Below, one piece after another: positions 16,776-24,900 of a stretch of 26,558 bases of DNA (positions are counted from its first letter, which is position 1; the number at the start of each line of letters is the position of its first letter). The translations under genes were made by a program, and so were the position numbers. Source of the stretch: a virus (taxonomy: Duplodnaviria; Caudoviricetes); IMG/VR virus record IMGVR_UViG_3300025164_000674, positions 1 through 26,558 of that record, one strand, 5' to 3'. The notes below the pieces were generated by a model, which had not been told where the DNA came from, did not search any database, and saw nothing but the letters and a program-made list of their open reading frames with translations.

Positions 16776-17310
16776 GGTCGATACGCGGGACTTGGAACTC
16801 CTTGGAAACCGACTCCGCAAGGCACCATCGTGGATCCCGGAGTTCATCGACCGAAACCTCGAGGGGTTAGGCCGCCGAGTCGCGTACCTAATGCGCGTAC
16901 AACTCAAGCCTCACAGGTACACCGGGACCCTGGAGGGCAGCGTAGTTTCTCAGTACTTCAAGGAGGCCAAGCGGGTTGAGGTCGGCCCGACGGCGAAGCG
17001 AGGTAAGTGGGATGCGGGGACCCTCCTCCAACAGGGGACGGGACCGATAGATCGGGTACCCTTCGAACCAATCCGCCGGTGGGCAGAATTCAAGGGTATT
17101 CCGGCGAGACCGATCTGGTATACGATCAAGACAAAGGGAGTCAAACCGCACCCGTTCGTAATGGAGACACTGGAACGGGGTGACGTCCAAACCGCAATCT
17201 GGAACACCGCCAAGAGGATCGGGTTGGACATCGTATCCCACGCCAAAACGTACAAGACAGGCGGGGGTACCGTCACGCTGGGGTCAACCATCACGGTAGA
17301 GGAGGATTGA
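16765..17310 (+). CDS. Neck/tail-completion protein (HK97 gp10-like)
   Basis: YTGTLEGSV, QQGTGP, IRRWAEFKG and GVKPHPFV motifs. Confidence 0.75.
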   Translation: MIIRVDTRDLELLGNRLRKAPSWIPEFIDRNLEGLGRRVAYLMRVQLKPHRYTGTLEGSVVSQYFKEAKRVEVGPTAKRGKWDAGTLLQQGTGPIDRVPFEPIRRWAEFKGIPARPIWYTIKTKGVKPHPFVMETLERGDVQTAIWNTAKRIGLDIVSHAKTYKTGGGTVTLGSTITVEED

Positions 17311-17759
17311 TGGGCTTGCAGACGGTAAGAAATGGGTTGGTAGGAACAATCCAAGGATTCGGTCGTTGGGCGGCGTCCGAGGTCAGCACGTGCGACTTCG
17401 GGGTCGCCGAGATGAGCGCCTCTTGCGTGATCCTGTCCCCCGGTACAACGATCCAGCGACCCACGGCGTACGGGACTATGGGAGCAACGTCCGGGTGCCG
17501 CCACAAGGAGGTCACCCACGAAATTAGCGGGTACATACTGGTAAAAGATACAGGAGACCCTACCGCCCTTCTCAGCGCTCTGTGGCAGGGAGTAGATGAC
17601 TTCATCGACAGTGTCGGCTACGACGACACGCTCGGTGGTACAGCAGAAGCCGCGTTGGTCACAAGGGTATCCCGACCCAGTCCCGACGCGTTCATTACCA
17701 GCGGTAACCACGACTGGGGTTACCTAACGTTCACGGTACAGGCTACAGAGTACCGGTAG
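17310..17759 (+). CDS. Tail terminator-like protein
   Basis: DDTLGGTA motif; position between the gp10-like gene and the tail tube; GAGGAGG RBS. Confidence 0.6.
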   Translation: MGLQTVRNGLVGTIQGFGRWAASEVSTCDFGVAEMSASCVILSPGTTIQRPTAYGTMGATSGCRHKEVTHEISGYILVKDTGDPTALLSALWQGVDDFIDSVGYDDTLGGTAEAALVTRVSRPSPDAFITSGNHDWGYLTFTVQATEYR

Positions 17760-17768
17760 AGACAACTA

Positions 17769-17777
17769 TGGTATAAT
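17769..17777 (+). promoter_or_regulatory. Extended -10 promoter (TGG-TATAAT) for the tail genes
   Basis: Intergenic TATAAT at 17772-17777 preceded by TGn. Confidence 0.7.
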
Positions 17778-17783
17778 CGTATT

Positions 17784-17852
17784 GGGCCGGGGACGACGCG
17801 GCCACGGGGTACAAGCTATGTACCCACCGTGGTCGTTTTTCGTCTTCGGCCC
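17784..17852 (+). promoter_or_regulatory. Long structured leader hairpin with an embedded terminator-like element (or a small RNA)
   Basis: Nested pairing GGGCCG/CGGCCC, GGACG/CGTCT, GCGGCCACGG/CCGTGGTCGT, GGTACA/TGTACC; begins at the expected transcription start. Confidence 0.6.
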
Positions 17853-17874
17853 GGACTACTCTACGGGAGGGTCG

Positions 17875-18087
17875 ATGAACCAACCTGATTCGTATTGCCC
17901 CCTATGCGGGGAACGGAATTTACCCCACGTTCGTTACCACAAGCGACAGTGGGTATTCTGCCCGGTAGGAGCCACCAGCCCAGCGGACGCGCACACCGCG
18001 TATCCGCTAGACGGTCTCCACAGGGACCAAGTAAACGCCCCGGTAGCGGGGCAGGAGGAAATTGATGGCACAAGTACACGGGAGTAA
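17875..18087 (+). CDS. Small Zn-finger-like protein (70 aa)
   Basis: ATG 17875 with GGGAGGG RBS; CPLC...C...H. Confidence 0.6.
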   Translation: MNQPDSYCPLCGERNLPHVRYHKRQWVFCPVGATSPADAHTAYPLDGLHRDQVNAPVAGQEEIDGTSTRE

Positions 18088-18493
18088 GGGTGTCCTCTGG
18101 TTGGACGACCAGAGTGGTACCTGTCGGAATGTCTCTGGCGACGTCACGACCATCACGTTCAACCGGACGAAAAACAACCCAGAATCGACGACCCTCGGGA
18201 AGAACACCGTCCAGCGGATTGACGGTCTCCGGGACCTGACGATGGACGTGAGCGCCATCTTCAACTCCGGACCAGTCCCGGCAATCGGCTCCCTATTGGA
18301 CGAGATGTACGGTGGGTCACTCGTGTCACGGGCGCAGTACTGCCCCGGGGGGTCAGTGTCGGGTTGCCCCGTCTACACGGCGTCGATGCTGCTCCAGAGT
18401 TACCAGAACAGCACCCCGGTTGACGGTATCTCGGTCTTGTCCTTCGGGCTGGCGATCGCCGCCGGGTCAGTGACAGCCGCCTGCCTGACGTAA
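18065..18493 (+). CDS. Major tail tube protein
   Basis: HGSKG start and ESTTLG...IDGLRDLTMDVSAIFN pattern; upstream of chaperones and tape measure; AGGAGG RBS. Confidence 0.8.
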   Translation: MAQVHGSKGVLWLDDQSGTCRNVSGDVTTITFNRTKNNPESTTLGKNTVQRIDGLRDLTMDVSAIFNSGPVPAIGSLLDEMYGGSLVSRAQYCPGGSVSGCPVYTASMLLQSYQNSTPVDGISVLSFGLAIAAGSVTAACLT

Positions 18494-18504
18494 GGAGGGG
18501 TACG

Positions 18505-18831
18505 ATGCCCGTAAGGGTGCAGTTCGCGCGGGAACCTTACCCCAACGTTTGGGTAGAGTTCCGGGACGAGCCTTGGCCGTTCAGGGACCGCAGACTCATC
18601 ACCGAGTCAATGGACGACGTCGTGACACTGAGCATCGTCCTCCCGTATATCACCGGCTGGAACCTGGTGGACGTTGAAGGGAACCCGGTCCCGGTGACGA
18701 TCGACCCAAAGGGGTTGGACGCCGTGGACGACCGCTACATCATTCCGTGGTTGATCCGGTCGTGGTTCACGGCGCGGGCCGACCGCAACGTCCTCCCAAA
18801 AGGATCAGGGGGCACCTCCGGGAGTTCCTAA
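18505..18831 (+). CDS. Tail assembly chaperone (gpG-like)
   Basis: ITGWNLVDVEGNPVP motif; position; slippery site near the 3' end. Confidence 0.8.
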   Translation: MPVRVQFAREPYPNVWVEFRDEPWPFRDRRLITESMDDVVTLSIVLPYITGWNLVDVEGNPVPVTIDPKGLDAVDDRYIIPWLIRSWFTARADRNVLPKGSGGTSGSS

Positions 18832-19067
18832 CGCAGAACGGGCCGGCACCGTTCGACGTCGTCGTGGCGAAGGTTGCCCAACGGTTCGGGTGGACACCGT
18901 CGCAAGTAGAAGCGGAGGACGAGGGTCGGGTCCTCCGTTTGCTACAGGTGCTGCACTTGGTGGACGGTTACCGCGCCGTCCTCGACGCTGTAGGGGCCCA
19001 CCGACCGGGAATTGCGTCACAGTCCGCGTGGGAGGCCTACAAGGAAGTGGTGAAGGGCGATGACTGA
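18795..19067 (+). CDS. -1 frameshift extension of the chaperone (gpGT-like)
   Basis: C-CCA-AAA heptamer at 18795-18801 in XXXYYYZ register; the -1 frame reads AQRFGWTPSQVEAE and overlaps the tape measure start. Confidence 0.8.
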   Translation, partial: PKRIRGHLREFLTQNGPAPFDVVVAKVAQRFGWTPSQVEAEDEGRVLRLLQVLHLVDGYRAVLDAVGAHRPGIASQSAWEAYKEVVKGDD

Positions 19068-21144
19068 GAACATCAGAACCAACATCGTCGTCGAAGCCCA
19101 GGTCCGTCAGGCCGCCGAGCAACTGGCCTTGGTTGGCCGTTCGTTGGCGACAACAGCTGCCGCGGGTAAGGCTTCCCAAGGAACCCTGGCCGGGCTCCTG
19201 TCCACGATTAGTCAGGTGAAAACCGGGTACCTAGCCGTGGCCGCTGCCGCCGGCGTTGCATTCGCTACCCTCCGGAAGGGGTACCAACAGGTCGTCGGCG
19301 AGACGATGGAGTACGCGATGCAGGTGCAGCGGCTCCAGCGGACGATCGGTGCGACGGCCGAGGACGCCAGCAGGCTGATCCAAGCCGCGGACGACATGGG
19401 ACTCTCTGTCGGGGCACTTCAGGTGGCAATGCGCCAAGCGATCCGGCGGGGGTTAGACCCAACCGCGGAGGGGCTTGGGAAGCTTGCTGATCAGTACATT
19501 GCGATCCAAGATCCTATGGCACGATCCCGATTCCTGCTCCAGTCATTTGGTCGGGCTGGCCTCGAGATGGGAAAATTACTGGAGAAGGGGTCAGCCGGTA
19601 TCCGGGAGATGGGGGAGAACGCCGAGGAATTGGGGCTCGTGCTCTCCCAGGACAGCGTAGACGCCGCCGAGGAACTCCGGTTGGCCCTCGACCAGTTGAA
19701 CGATGTCTTCACTGGTCTGAAAACAACCGTGGGTACCGGGGTTATCCCCGTATTCGCTAGTTTCCTCCAGTTCGTGGACCGGACGATTAACCTCCTGAAG
19801 AACGCCGACAGCCCGCTAGACTTTTACGCGGCGATGGGGAAGGTAGCGTTAGCCGAGAAGGCGGTCAGGGACGAGGCAGCCAGGCTCGCCCGGTTCTTGA
19901 AGGACGACGTGATCCCCGGGTTGAGCGATACCGAGGAAGCCGCAACCGACGCGGCCACGGTGATGGACGACCTCAAGACCGCACTCTCCCGCCCGATCGA
20001 GGGAAACACGGAGTCGTTCCGTAAGTCAATTACGGAGTTGAAGATCGAGGAGCAGGGGATCCTCGACCGACTGCTAGAACTCAACGCACAGAAGTGGTTG
20101 ACCGCGGCACAGAAGAAGGAACTGAACGACCTACTCGGGAACCTTCGGGGCGTGTACGACCAGGTGGACAACGTCACGGACGCCCACAACCGGCAGACGA
20201 AACAGATCCTCCTCAACCTCTTCCAGCAGCGGTTAGCTATGACGGACCTCCCCCTCGCCGCACAGGCGGAGGCGATCGCCAAGATCGCCGTGAAGTGGGG
20301 ACTAATGGGAGAGGAGACGGCCGATACGCTGGACGATATCGGCCTAGCGATCGACAACTTCCTGGAGAGCGGTAACCTCGACGTCCTCGGGTCAGCTCTC
20401 GACCGGGTCGCCCGCGACCGGACGGTGTCGTTCGTCGCCGAGTTCGAGACCCCCGGTGCCCCGAAAACCTGGTCACGACCGTCGGGCCCAAGGCCGGACG
20501 CCGGCGTGAACAACGGTGGGATACCCAAACCATCTGGGGATGCCCTCGAGGGCGGGATAACCCACAACCAGTTTGGGGGTCCACTCGGTTATGCGACTCT
20601 CGTCGGAGAAGCCGGTGCCGAGATGATCGTAGACGGGTACGTCTACCCGGCCTCGGTTACCCGCCAACTCCTCTCCGACGGTTTTGTACCGGATTCCAGG
20701 CGGGCTACGGGGGGTATGATGACTGACGGAGGCGCGGGGGGAAGTTCCCCGGTGTACTACAGTTCCCCGACGAAGGCGACGAGGAAGGGTACCTCGTCGT
20801 CGAAAGCCAGGAATACGCGCACTACTACATCTGGTAGGACGGCGTACAGCGAGGCCACCGTAACAGGTATAACCGCGTCGGACCTGGCCGTCGTGATCGC
20901 AGCAACAAGTGCGGTCGCTACGGAGCAGATGGGCCTTGTCTCCGGGCAGGTCTCGCAAGCCGTGAAAGGCGCCGAGCGGGTCGTCAACGCCACCATTGCT
21001 GGAGACACCCTCCAGGCCGCCGCGAACCTTCAAGGGAACCGGGAGATCGTTGCGGCAGTCGGGGGTCTCCGGGAGGACCTCGCCCGGTATACCCAACAGG
21101 TGAAGGTAGGATTCCGCGACGCCGTGTCGGCGTTATCGGGGTAA
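19060..21144 (+). CDS. Tape measure protein
   Basis: Ala/Leu-rich helical 694 aa; FGRAGLEMGKLL and LVGEAGAEMIV motifs; follows the G/GT pair. Confidence 0.9.
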   Translation: MTENIRTNIVVEAQVRQAAEQLALVGRSLATTAAAGKASQGTLAGLLSTISQVKTGYLAVAAAAGVAFATLRKGYQQVVGETMEYAMQVQRLQRTIGATAEDASRLIQAADDMGLSVGALQVAMRQAIRRGLDPTAEGLGKLADQYIAIQDPMARSRFLLQSFGRAGLEMGKLLEKGSAGIREMGENAEELGLVLSQDSVDAAEELRLALDQLNDVFTGLKTTVGTGVIPVFASFLQFVDRTINLLKNADSPLDFYAAMGKVALAEKAVRDEAARLARFLKDDVIPGLSDTEEAATDAATVMDDLKTALSRPIEGNTESFRKSITELKIEEQGILDRLLELNAQKWLTAAQKKELNDLLGNLRGVYDQVDNVTDAHNRQTKQILLNLFQQRLAMTDLPLAAQAEAIAKIAVKWGLMGEETADTLDDIGLAIDNFLESGNLDVLGSALDRVARDRTVSFVAEFETPGAPKTWSRPSGPRPDAGVNNGGIPKPSGDALEGGITHNQFGGPLGYATLVGEAGAEMIVDGYVYPASVTRQLLSDGFVPDSRRATGGMMTDGGAGGSSPVYYSSPTKATRKGTSSSKARNTRTTTSGRTAYSEATVTGITASDLAVVIAATSAVATEQMGLVSGQVSQAVKGAERVVNATIAGDTLQAAANLQGNREIVAAVGGLREDLARYTQQVKVGFRDAVSALSG

Positions 21145-21147
21145 ACC

Positions 21148-23382
21148 GTGACCGTAAAACCGATAGTCTCTATCGAAATAGAGCTAAGCGGCAGTGGCGC
21201 CGGGTGGACAGACATCAGCCCCGATGTCACCGGGACCACATACGGGGAGTACGGTATCCGGTCGAACCGGTTCCTAGACCGAGTCGGGTCGACAGGCCTC
21301 CTGTCGTTCTACCTCCGGAACGACCCCGGGAACAGTGGCGGACTCCTCGGCTATTACTCCCCAAACCACGCCAACCTCCGGCCGGGATTTGCCCTTAACA
21401 TTCGGGCACGAGTAAAGTTCGCCTACAGTGGAAGCGTCTTCTACCGCAACCTGGGGAGGGTGCAGGATATCGCCCCGGAGACCGGGAAGTTCGGCCCACG
21501 GCGGACCCGCGTGATGGTGACCGACTGGTTCGAGGACGCCGCCCGTAACCGCACCCTGGCCCAGTGGCCTACGCTCGTCAATACCCCGCCGAACGAAGCG
21601 ATCGCAAAGATGGTGGGGGCCGCAAACCTCCTCCCACCGGCCTCGGCCTTGAACGCCGGCCAGGAGCGGCTAGCGTACGCCGGCGACATCGGCACGGGGG
21701 ATAAGACGACTCTCCTCGGCGAATTGACGAACCTCACGAATAGCGAGTTGGGGTACGCATACATGCGGGGAGACTCGACCGTGGGCGGGACACTCGTGTT
21801 CGAGGACCGGCACTCCCGGATCCGGGCTGCCTCGTCCTCGGCCTCCCTGAACGATACGATGACCTCGTTCGAGGTTATCCGGCCCCAATCGCGAGTCGCT
21901 AACCGGGTCGGGGTCACCGTCCACCCCCGCGACGTCGATGCCGCCGGAACGTGCCCAGTCGTCTTCTCCCTGACGTACGTCCCGACAATCCCCGCCGGAG
22001 CGAGTCTAACGGTCCTCGGGGAGTACACCGACCCAGCGGCGGCTGACCGGAAAGTGGGGGCCGCTAGCGTCCTCGTTCCGGTTGCGCCGGACGACTACCA
22101 GGTTAGCTACTCCCCGACCGGGTCGGCCGACAAGTTGACGTTCGACCAGAAGGGGCGGGTCCTGGCGACCTGCCCGACGCACCTCCTCGGGTACTGGACG
22201 CTGGGAAATACTCGAGGCGCGTGTGTATTCAGCGAGACTGACCCGCTTCGGGTAGCGTCTGGTAGTTATACTGGGGTCACTGTTGGGGCTACCGGGATAG
22301 GCGACGGCCGAACAGCAACGTGCGCACTGCTCTCAGTTGGGGGCGTCAACCATGTAGATTTACTCACGTCAGCAACGTGTAAGTGGGCCTCCAGCCCGAT
22401 GGACGGGACTGTATCTTTATGGTTAAAAGGAGACTCCGCGTCGGCTTGGACGACAGCCAGTAATTTGTGGATGTTTGCCCTCCGGACTGAGGATGGTAAC
22501 CAGACAATTCAATTCCGGAAGCCAAGCGTCGAGATCGCTGAGATCCGCTCTAGTGTGAATCATCTAACAAGTGTCACGCTACAGACGTTCCCAACCGCAA
22601 ACACTGATTGGTATCACTTTGCGTTGGCTTGGAGTTCTGTAACGCGTGCAGCTAGCGCGTACTTGAACGGGGTGTTCAACACTGGTACACCGGCATCAAC
22701 CCTCGGTACCTCCTGGACAGCGTCTTCCCCATCCCTCCGGCTGTATGCAATACCAAATTTCAATAACTTCCCAGGTACATACGCACACTGTGCCATTTGG
22801 GACGTGGCGCTCGCCGCTAGCCACATCCTGGGTATCTACCTATCCTCGTCCGGTGGGGTCAACCTGGACGCCGACATCGGTGGCCGGGCGATCCGGTACT
22901 CGATCGTGAACCAGAACCCAGTGCCGGTGTACGTCACCACCCTCCAAGCCCGGGGCCGGGCGGTGCGGGACTTCCAACCTACGACGCACGTCGCCGGCGA
23001 CCCGCAAGGAGTCGTGAGCGAGACAAACCTAGACATGCCCTACAAGCAGTCGGCTCTGGACGGCCAGGCGGCGGCGGGCTTTGTCCTATCCGTCCTCGGG
23101 ACACCCGTCACGGACGTGGAGTCGGTCCGGTTCCTGGCTAACGAGTCGGACGCCCTGATGCGAACGTTCCTGAACGGGGAGCCGGGGAGCCGAATTCGCC
23201 TCCAGGAGACGGTCTCCGGGATCGACGCCGACTACTACGTCAACGGGGTTGAGTACCAGGTCAGAGAAGACTACAGCATCGAGTGCACGTGGCTCGTCGT
23301 CCCTGCCCTGAACGTGGCGTACTGGGCGTTGGGGACTGCCGGGTACTCCGAAGTCGGGTCGACAACGACGGTGACGTACTGA
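21148..23382 (+). CDS. Tail tip/hub protein with an internal LamG (concanavalin A-like) domain
   Basis: WTDISPDV start, GTLVFEDRHSR; internal GTVSLWLK, DWYHFALAW, AYLNG and AIWDVAL LamG motifs. Confidence 0.75.
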   Translation: MTVKPIVSIEIELSGSGAGWTDISPDVTGTTYGEYGIRSNRFLDRVGSTGLLSFYLRNDPGNSGGLLGYYSPNHANLRPGFALNIRARVKFAYSGSVFYRNLGRVQDIAPETGKFGPRRTRVMVTDWFEDAARNRTLAQWPTLVNTPPNEAIAKMVGAANLLPPASALNAGQERLAYAGDIGTGDKTTLLGELTNLTNSELGYAYMRGDSTVGGTLVFEDRHSRIRAASSSASLNDTMTSFEVIRPQSRVANRVGVTVHPRDVDAAGTCPVVFSLTYVPTIPAGASLTVLGEYTDPAAADRKVGAASVLVPVAPDDYQVSYSPTGSADKLTFDQKGRVLATCPTHLLGYWTLGNTRGACVFSETDPLRVASGSYTGVTVGATGIGDGRTATCALLSVGGVNHVDLLTSATCKWASSPMDGTVSLWLKGDSASAWTTASNLWMFALRTEDGNQTIQFRKPSVEIAEIRSSVNHLTSVTLQTFPTANTDWYHFALAWSSVTRAASAYLNGVFNTGTPASTLGTSWTASSPSLRLYAIPNFNNFPGTYAHCAIWDVALAASHILGIYLSSSGGVNLDADIGGRAIRYSIVNQNPVPVYVTTLQARGRAVRDFQPTTHVAGDPQGVVSETNLDMPYKQSALDGQAAAGFVLSVLGTPVTDVESVRFLANESDALMRTFLNGEPGSRIRLQETVSGIDADYYVNGVEYQVREDYSIECTWLVVPALNVAYWALGTAGYSEVGSTTTVTY

Positions 23383-23392
23383 GGAGAGAACA

Positions 23393-23842
23393 ATGGCTTA
23401 CGTAACGCCTTCCACGCTCATGACTGGGTGCCTGGTCACGGCCGCCCGGTGGAACCAGGACGTCGTCTCCAACCCTGAGGCGCTGAACCCCGGCGGTTGG
23501 TCCGTAGTACTCGGGGACGGGGTCAGTGTGATCCCAACGGGTTCGGCCCTGGACGTCGAGGTGCCGTTTAACTGCACCCTATCGGCGTGGGGGATCTACC
23601 AGAGCCCGTCCGGCTCCCTCGAGGTCACGCTGTGTCGGATGACCTACGCCGGGTTCCCGGCGACAGCGAGTGTCATCGTCGGGTCGTCACCGATCCGCTC
23701 GTCGTCTGCCCTCAAGGCCCAGCAGACGACCCTGACATCCTGGAGCACGTGCCTATCCCGGGGGGATGTCCTCCGGTACGGCGTCGTCGGCGCCAGCGTC
23801 GTCACCCGGGCAACCGTTAGCCTGCAGGCGGCGAGAGTTTAG
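23393..23842 (+). CDS. Minor tail protein
   Basis: MAYVTPS...VTAARWNQDV N-terminal motif common in tail-fibre-associated proteins; GAGGAG RBS. Confidence 0.7.
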   Translation: MAYVTPSTLMTGCLVTAARWNQDVVSNPEALNPGGWSVVLGDGVSVIPTGSALDVEVPFNCTLSAWGIYQSPSGSLEVTLCRMTYAGFPATASVIVGSSPIRSSSALKAQQTTLTSWSTCLSRGDVLRYGVVGASVVTRATVSLQAARV

Positions 23843-23845
23843 ACC

Positions 23846-24523
23846 GTGACCATAGCCGTCGTCACGTCCGGATGCGTCGCAGCGGGTAGCGCCGACGTGT
23901 CGTCCCTGACCGTAGAGTGCACCGTCCCCCAGGGTCTGGCCGGGGCCGCTGTCTTCGTTGGGGTGGCGGCCGGCGGGGGCATGGCGGGGACGTCCGTCCG
24001 CCTGGTCGGACAAGATTTTTCTCTGGTTGCGGCCCTTACCCACGCCACATATTACAGGTCGGAGTTGTGGGCACTGTACAACCCCCAGCAAGTCGGGCCG
24101 TGCACACTCACGATTACCTTCAGCGCTGCAGAGCAGCACGCCGCAGGGTTTGTCGTCGTGAGGGGCGTCGACGTTGCAAACCCAATCCGGTCGTCGTCCA
24201 CCGGGGGTGCAGGTCCAAACGGTGATGGGGAGGCGAACATAGCGATTGCCAGTGCCGTCGACGACCTAGTACTCGACCACGTGTTTTACGGGGACAACGT
24301 CGGAACGAACCCGTCCGTGGGTCCCAACCAAACGGAGCAATACCACGCACGGTCAGGGAAAACCGGCCCAACCAACCAATCCGAGTCCGCCGTCTCGACG
24401 GAGGCAGGTGCGGCCACGGTTTCCATGACCTGGTCCGGTAACGGGACTCGAGTGTTCTCCCACTGCGTCGTGTCGATCCGGCCCCTCGTCGGTAAGCCAA
24501 ACCAGGCGGTCGTTTTGGTGTAA
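23846..24523 (+). CDS. Putative tail-associated beta-rich protein
   Basis: Last gene of the operon; Ser/Thr/Gly/Val-rich; SELWALYNP and VRGVDVANPI patterns. Confidence 0.65.
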   Translation: MTIAVVTSGCVAAGSADVSSLTVECTVPQGLAGAAVFVGVAAGGGMAGTSVRLVGQDFSLVAALTHATYYRSELWALYNPQQVGPCTLTITFSAAEQHAAGFVVVRGVDVANPIRSSSTGGAGPNGDGEANIAIASAVDDLVLDHVFYGDNVGTNPSVGPNQTEQYHARSGKTGPTNQSESAVSTEAGAATVSMTWSGNGTRVFSHCVVSIRPLVGKPNQAVVLV

Positions 24524-24524
24524 G

Positions 24525-24554
24525 AAAAGGGGCGTCGCCTACTGGCCACGCCCC
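24525..24554 (-). terminator. Intrinsic terminator between convergent genes
   Basis: AAAA-GGGGCGT...ACGCCCC hairpin; U-tract on the - strand. Confidence 0.65.
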
Positions 24555-24587
24555 GGTACGCCTTATTCAATTGTCGATCGGTTGGTA

Positions 24588-24899
24588 CTACTCCCCTTCT
24601 TCGATGTCTGTCGCGGTAACCACGGCACCGAACCGGTGGGCGAGCGGCTTCAACGCGTAGAAGTACCCGAGGATAGCCCCCGCCGCACCTACGACGGCGT
24701 CCAATGCGTACGCGATGTACGGCGCACTCGCCGGGAGGAAGTGTTCAAGTGACTTCAACGCGAGGAACACCCCCGCGGTGATCCACGGTGTTCGCCCCAA
24801 CCACGCGGCATCGGTGACACCAGACACCTTCAAGGCCTGGACTACCAGTACGACGAACCCCGCCAGGGAGATCCCGGCTACGACCAAGTCATTCGGCAC
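24588..24899 (-). CDS. Small membrane protein with about 3 transmembrane segments (holin-like)
   Basis: GTG start after AGGAGG; three hydrophobic stretches; VQALK pattern seen in small holins. Confidence 0.6.
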   Translation of the reverse strand: MPNDLVVAGISLAGFVVLVVQALKVSGVTDAAWLGRTPWITAGVFLALKSLEHFLPASAPYIAYALDAVVGAAGAILGYFYALKPLAHRFGAVVTATDIEEGE

Positions 24900-24900
24900 G

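Noticed and set aside
17782-17874. N-terminal extension of the Zn-finger ORF, or a tRNA
   Set aside because: The region is a rod hairpin, not a cloverleaf, and the RBS supports ATG 17875.
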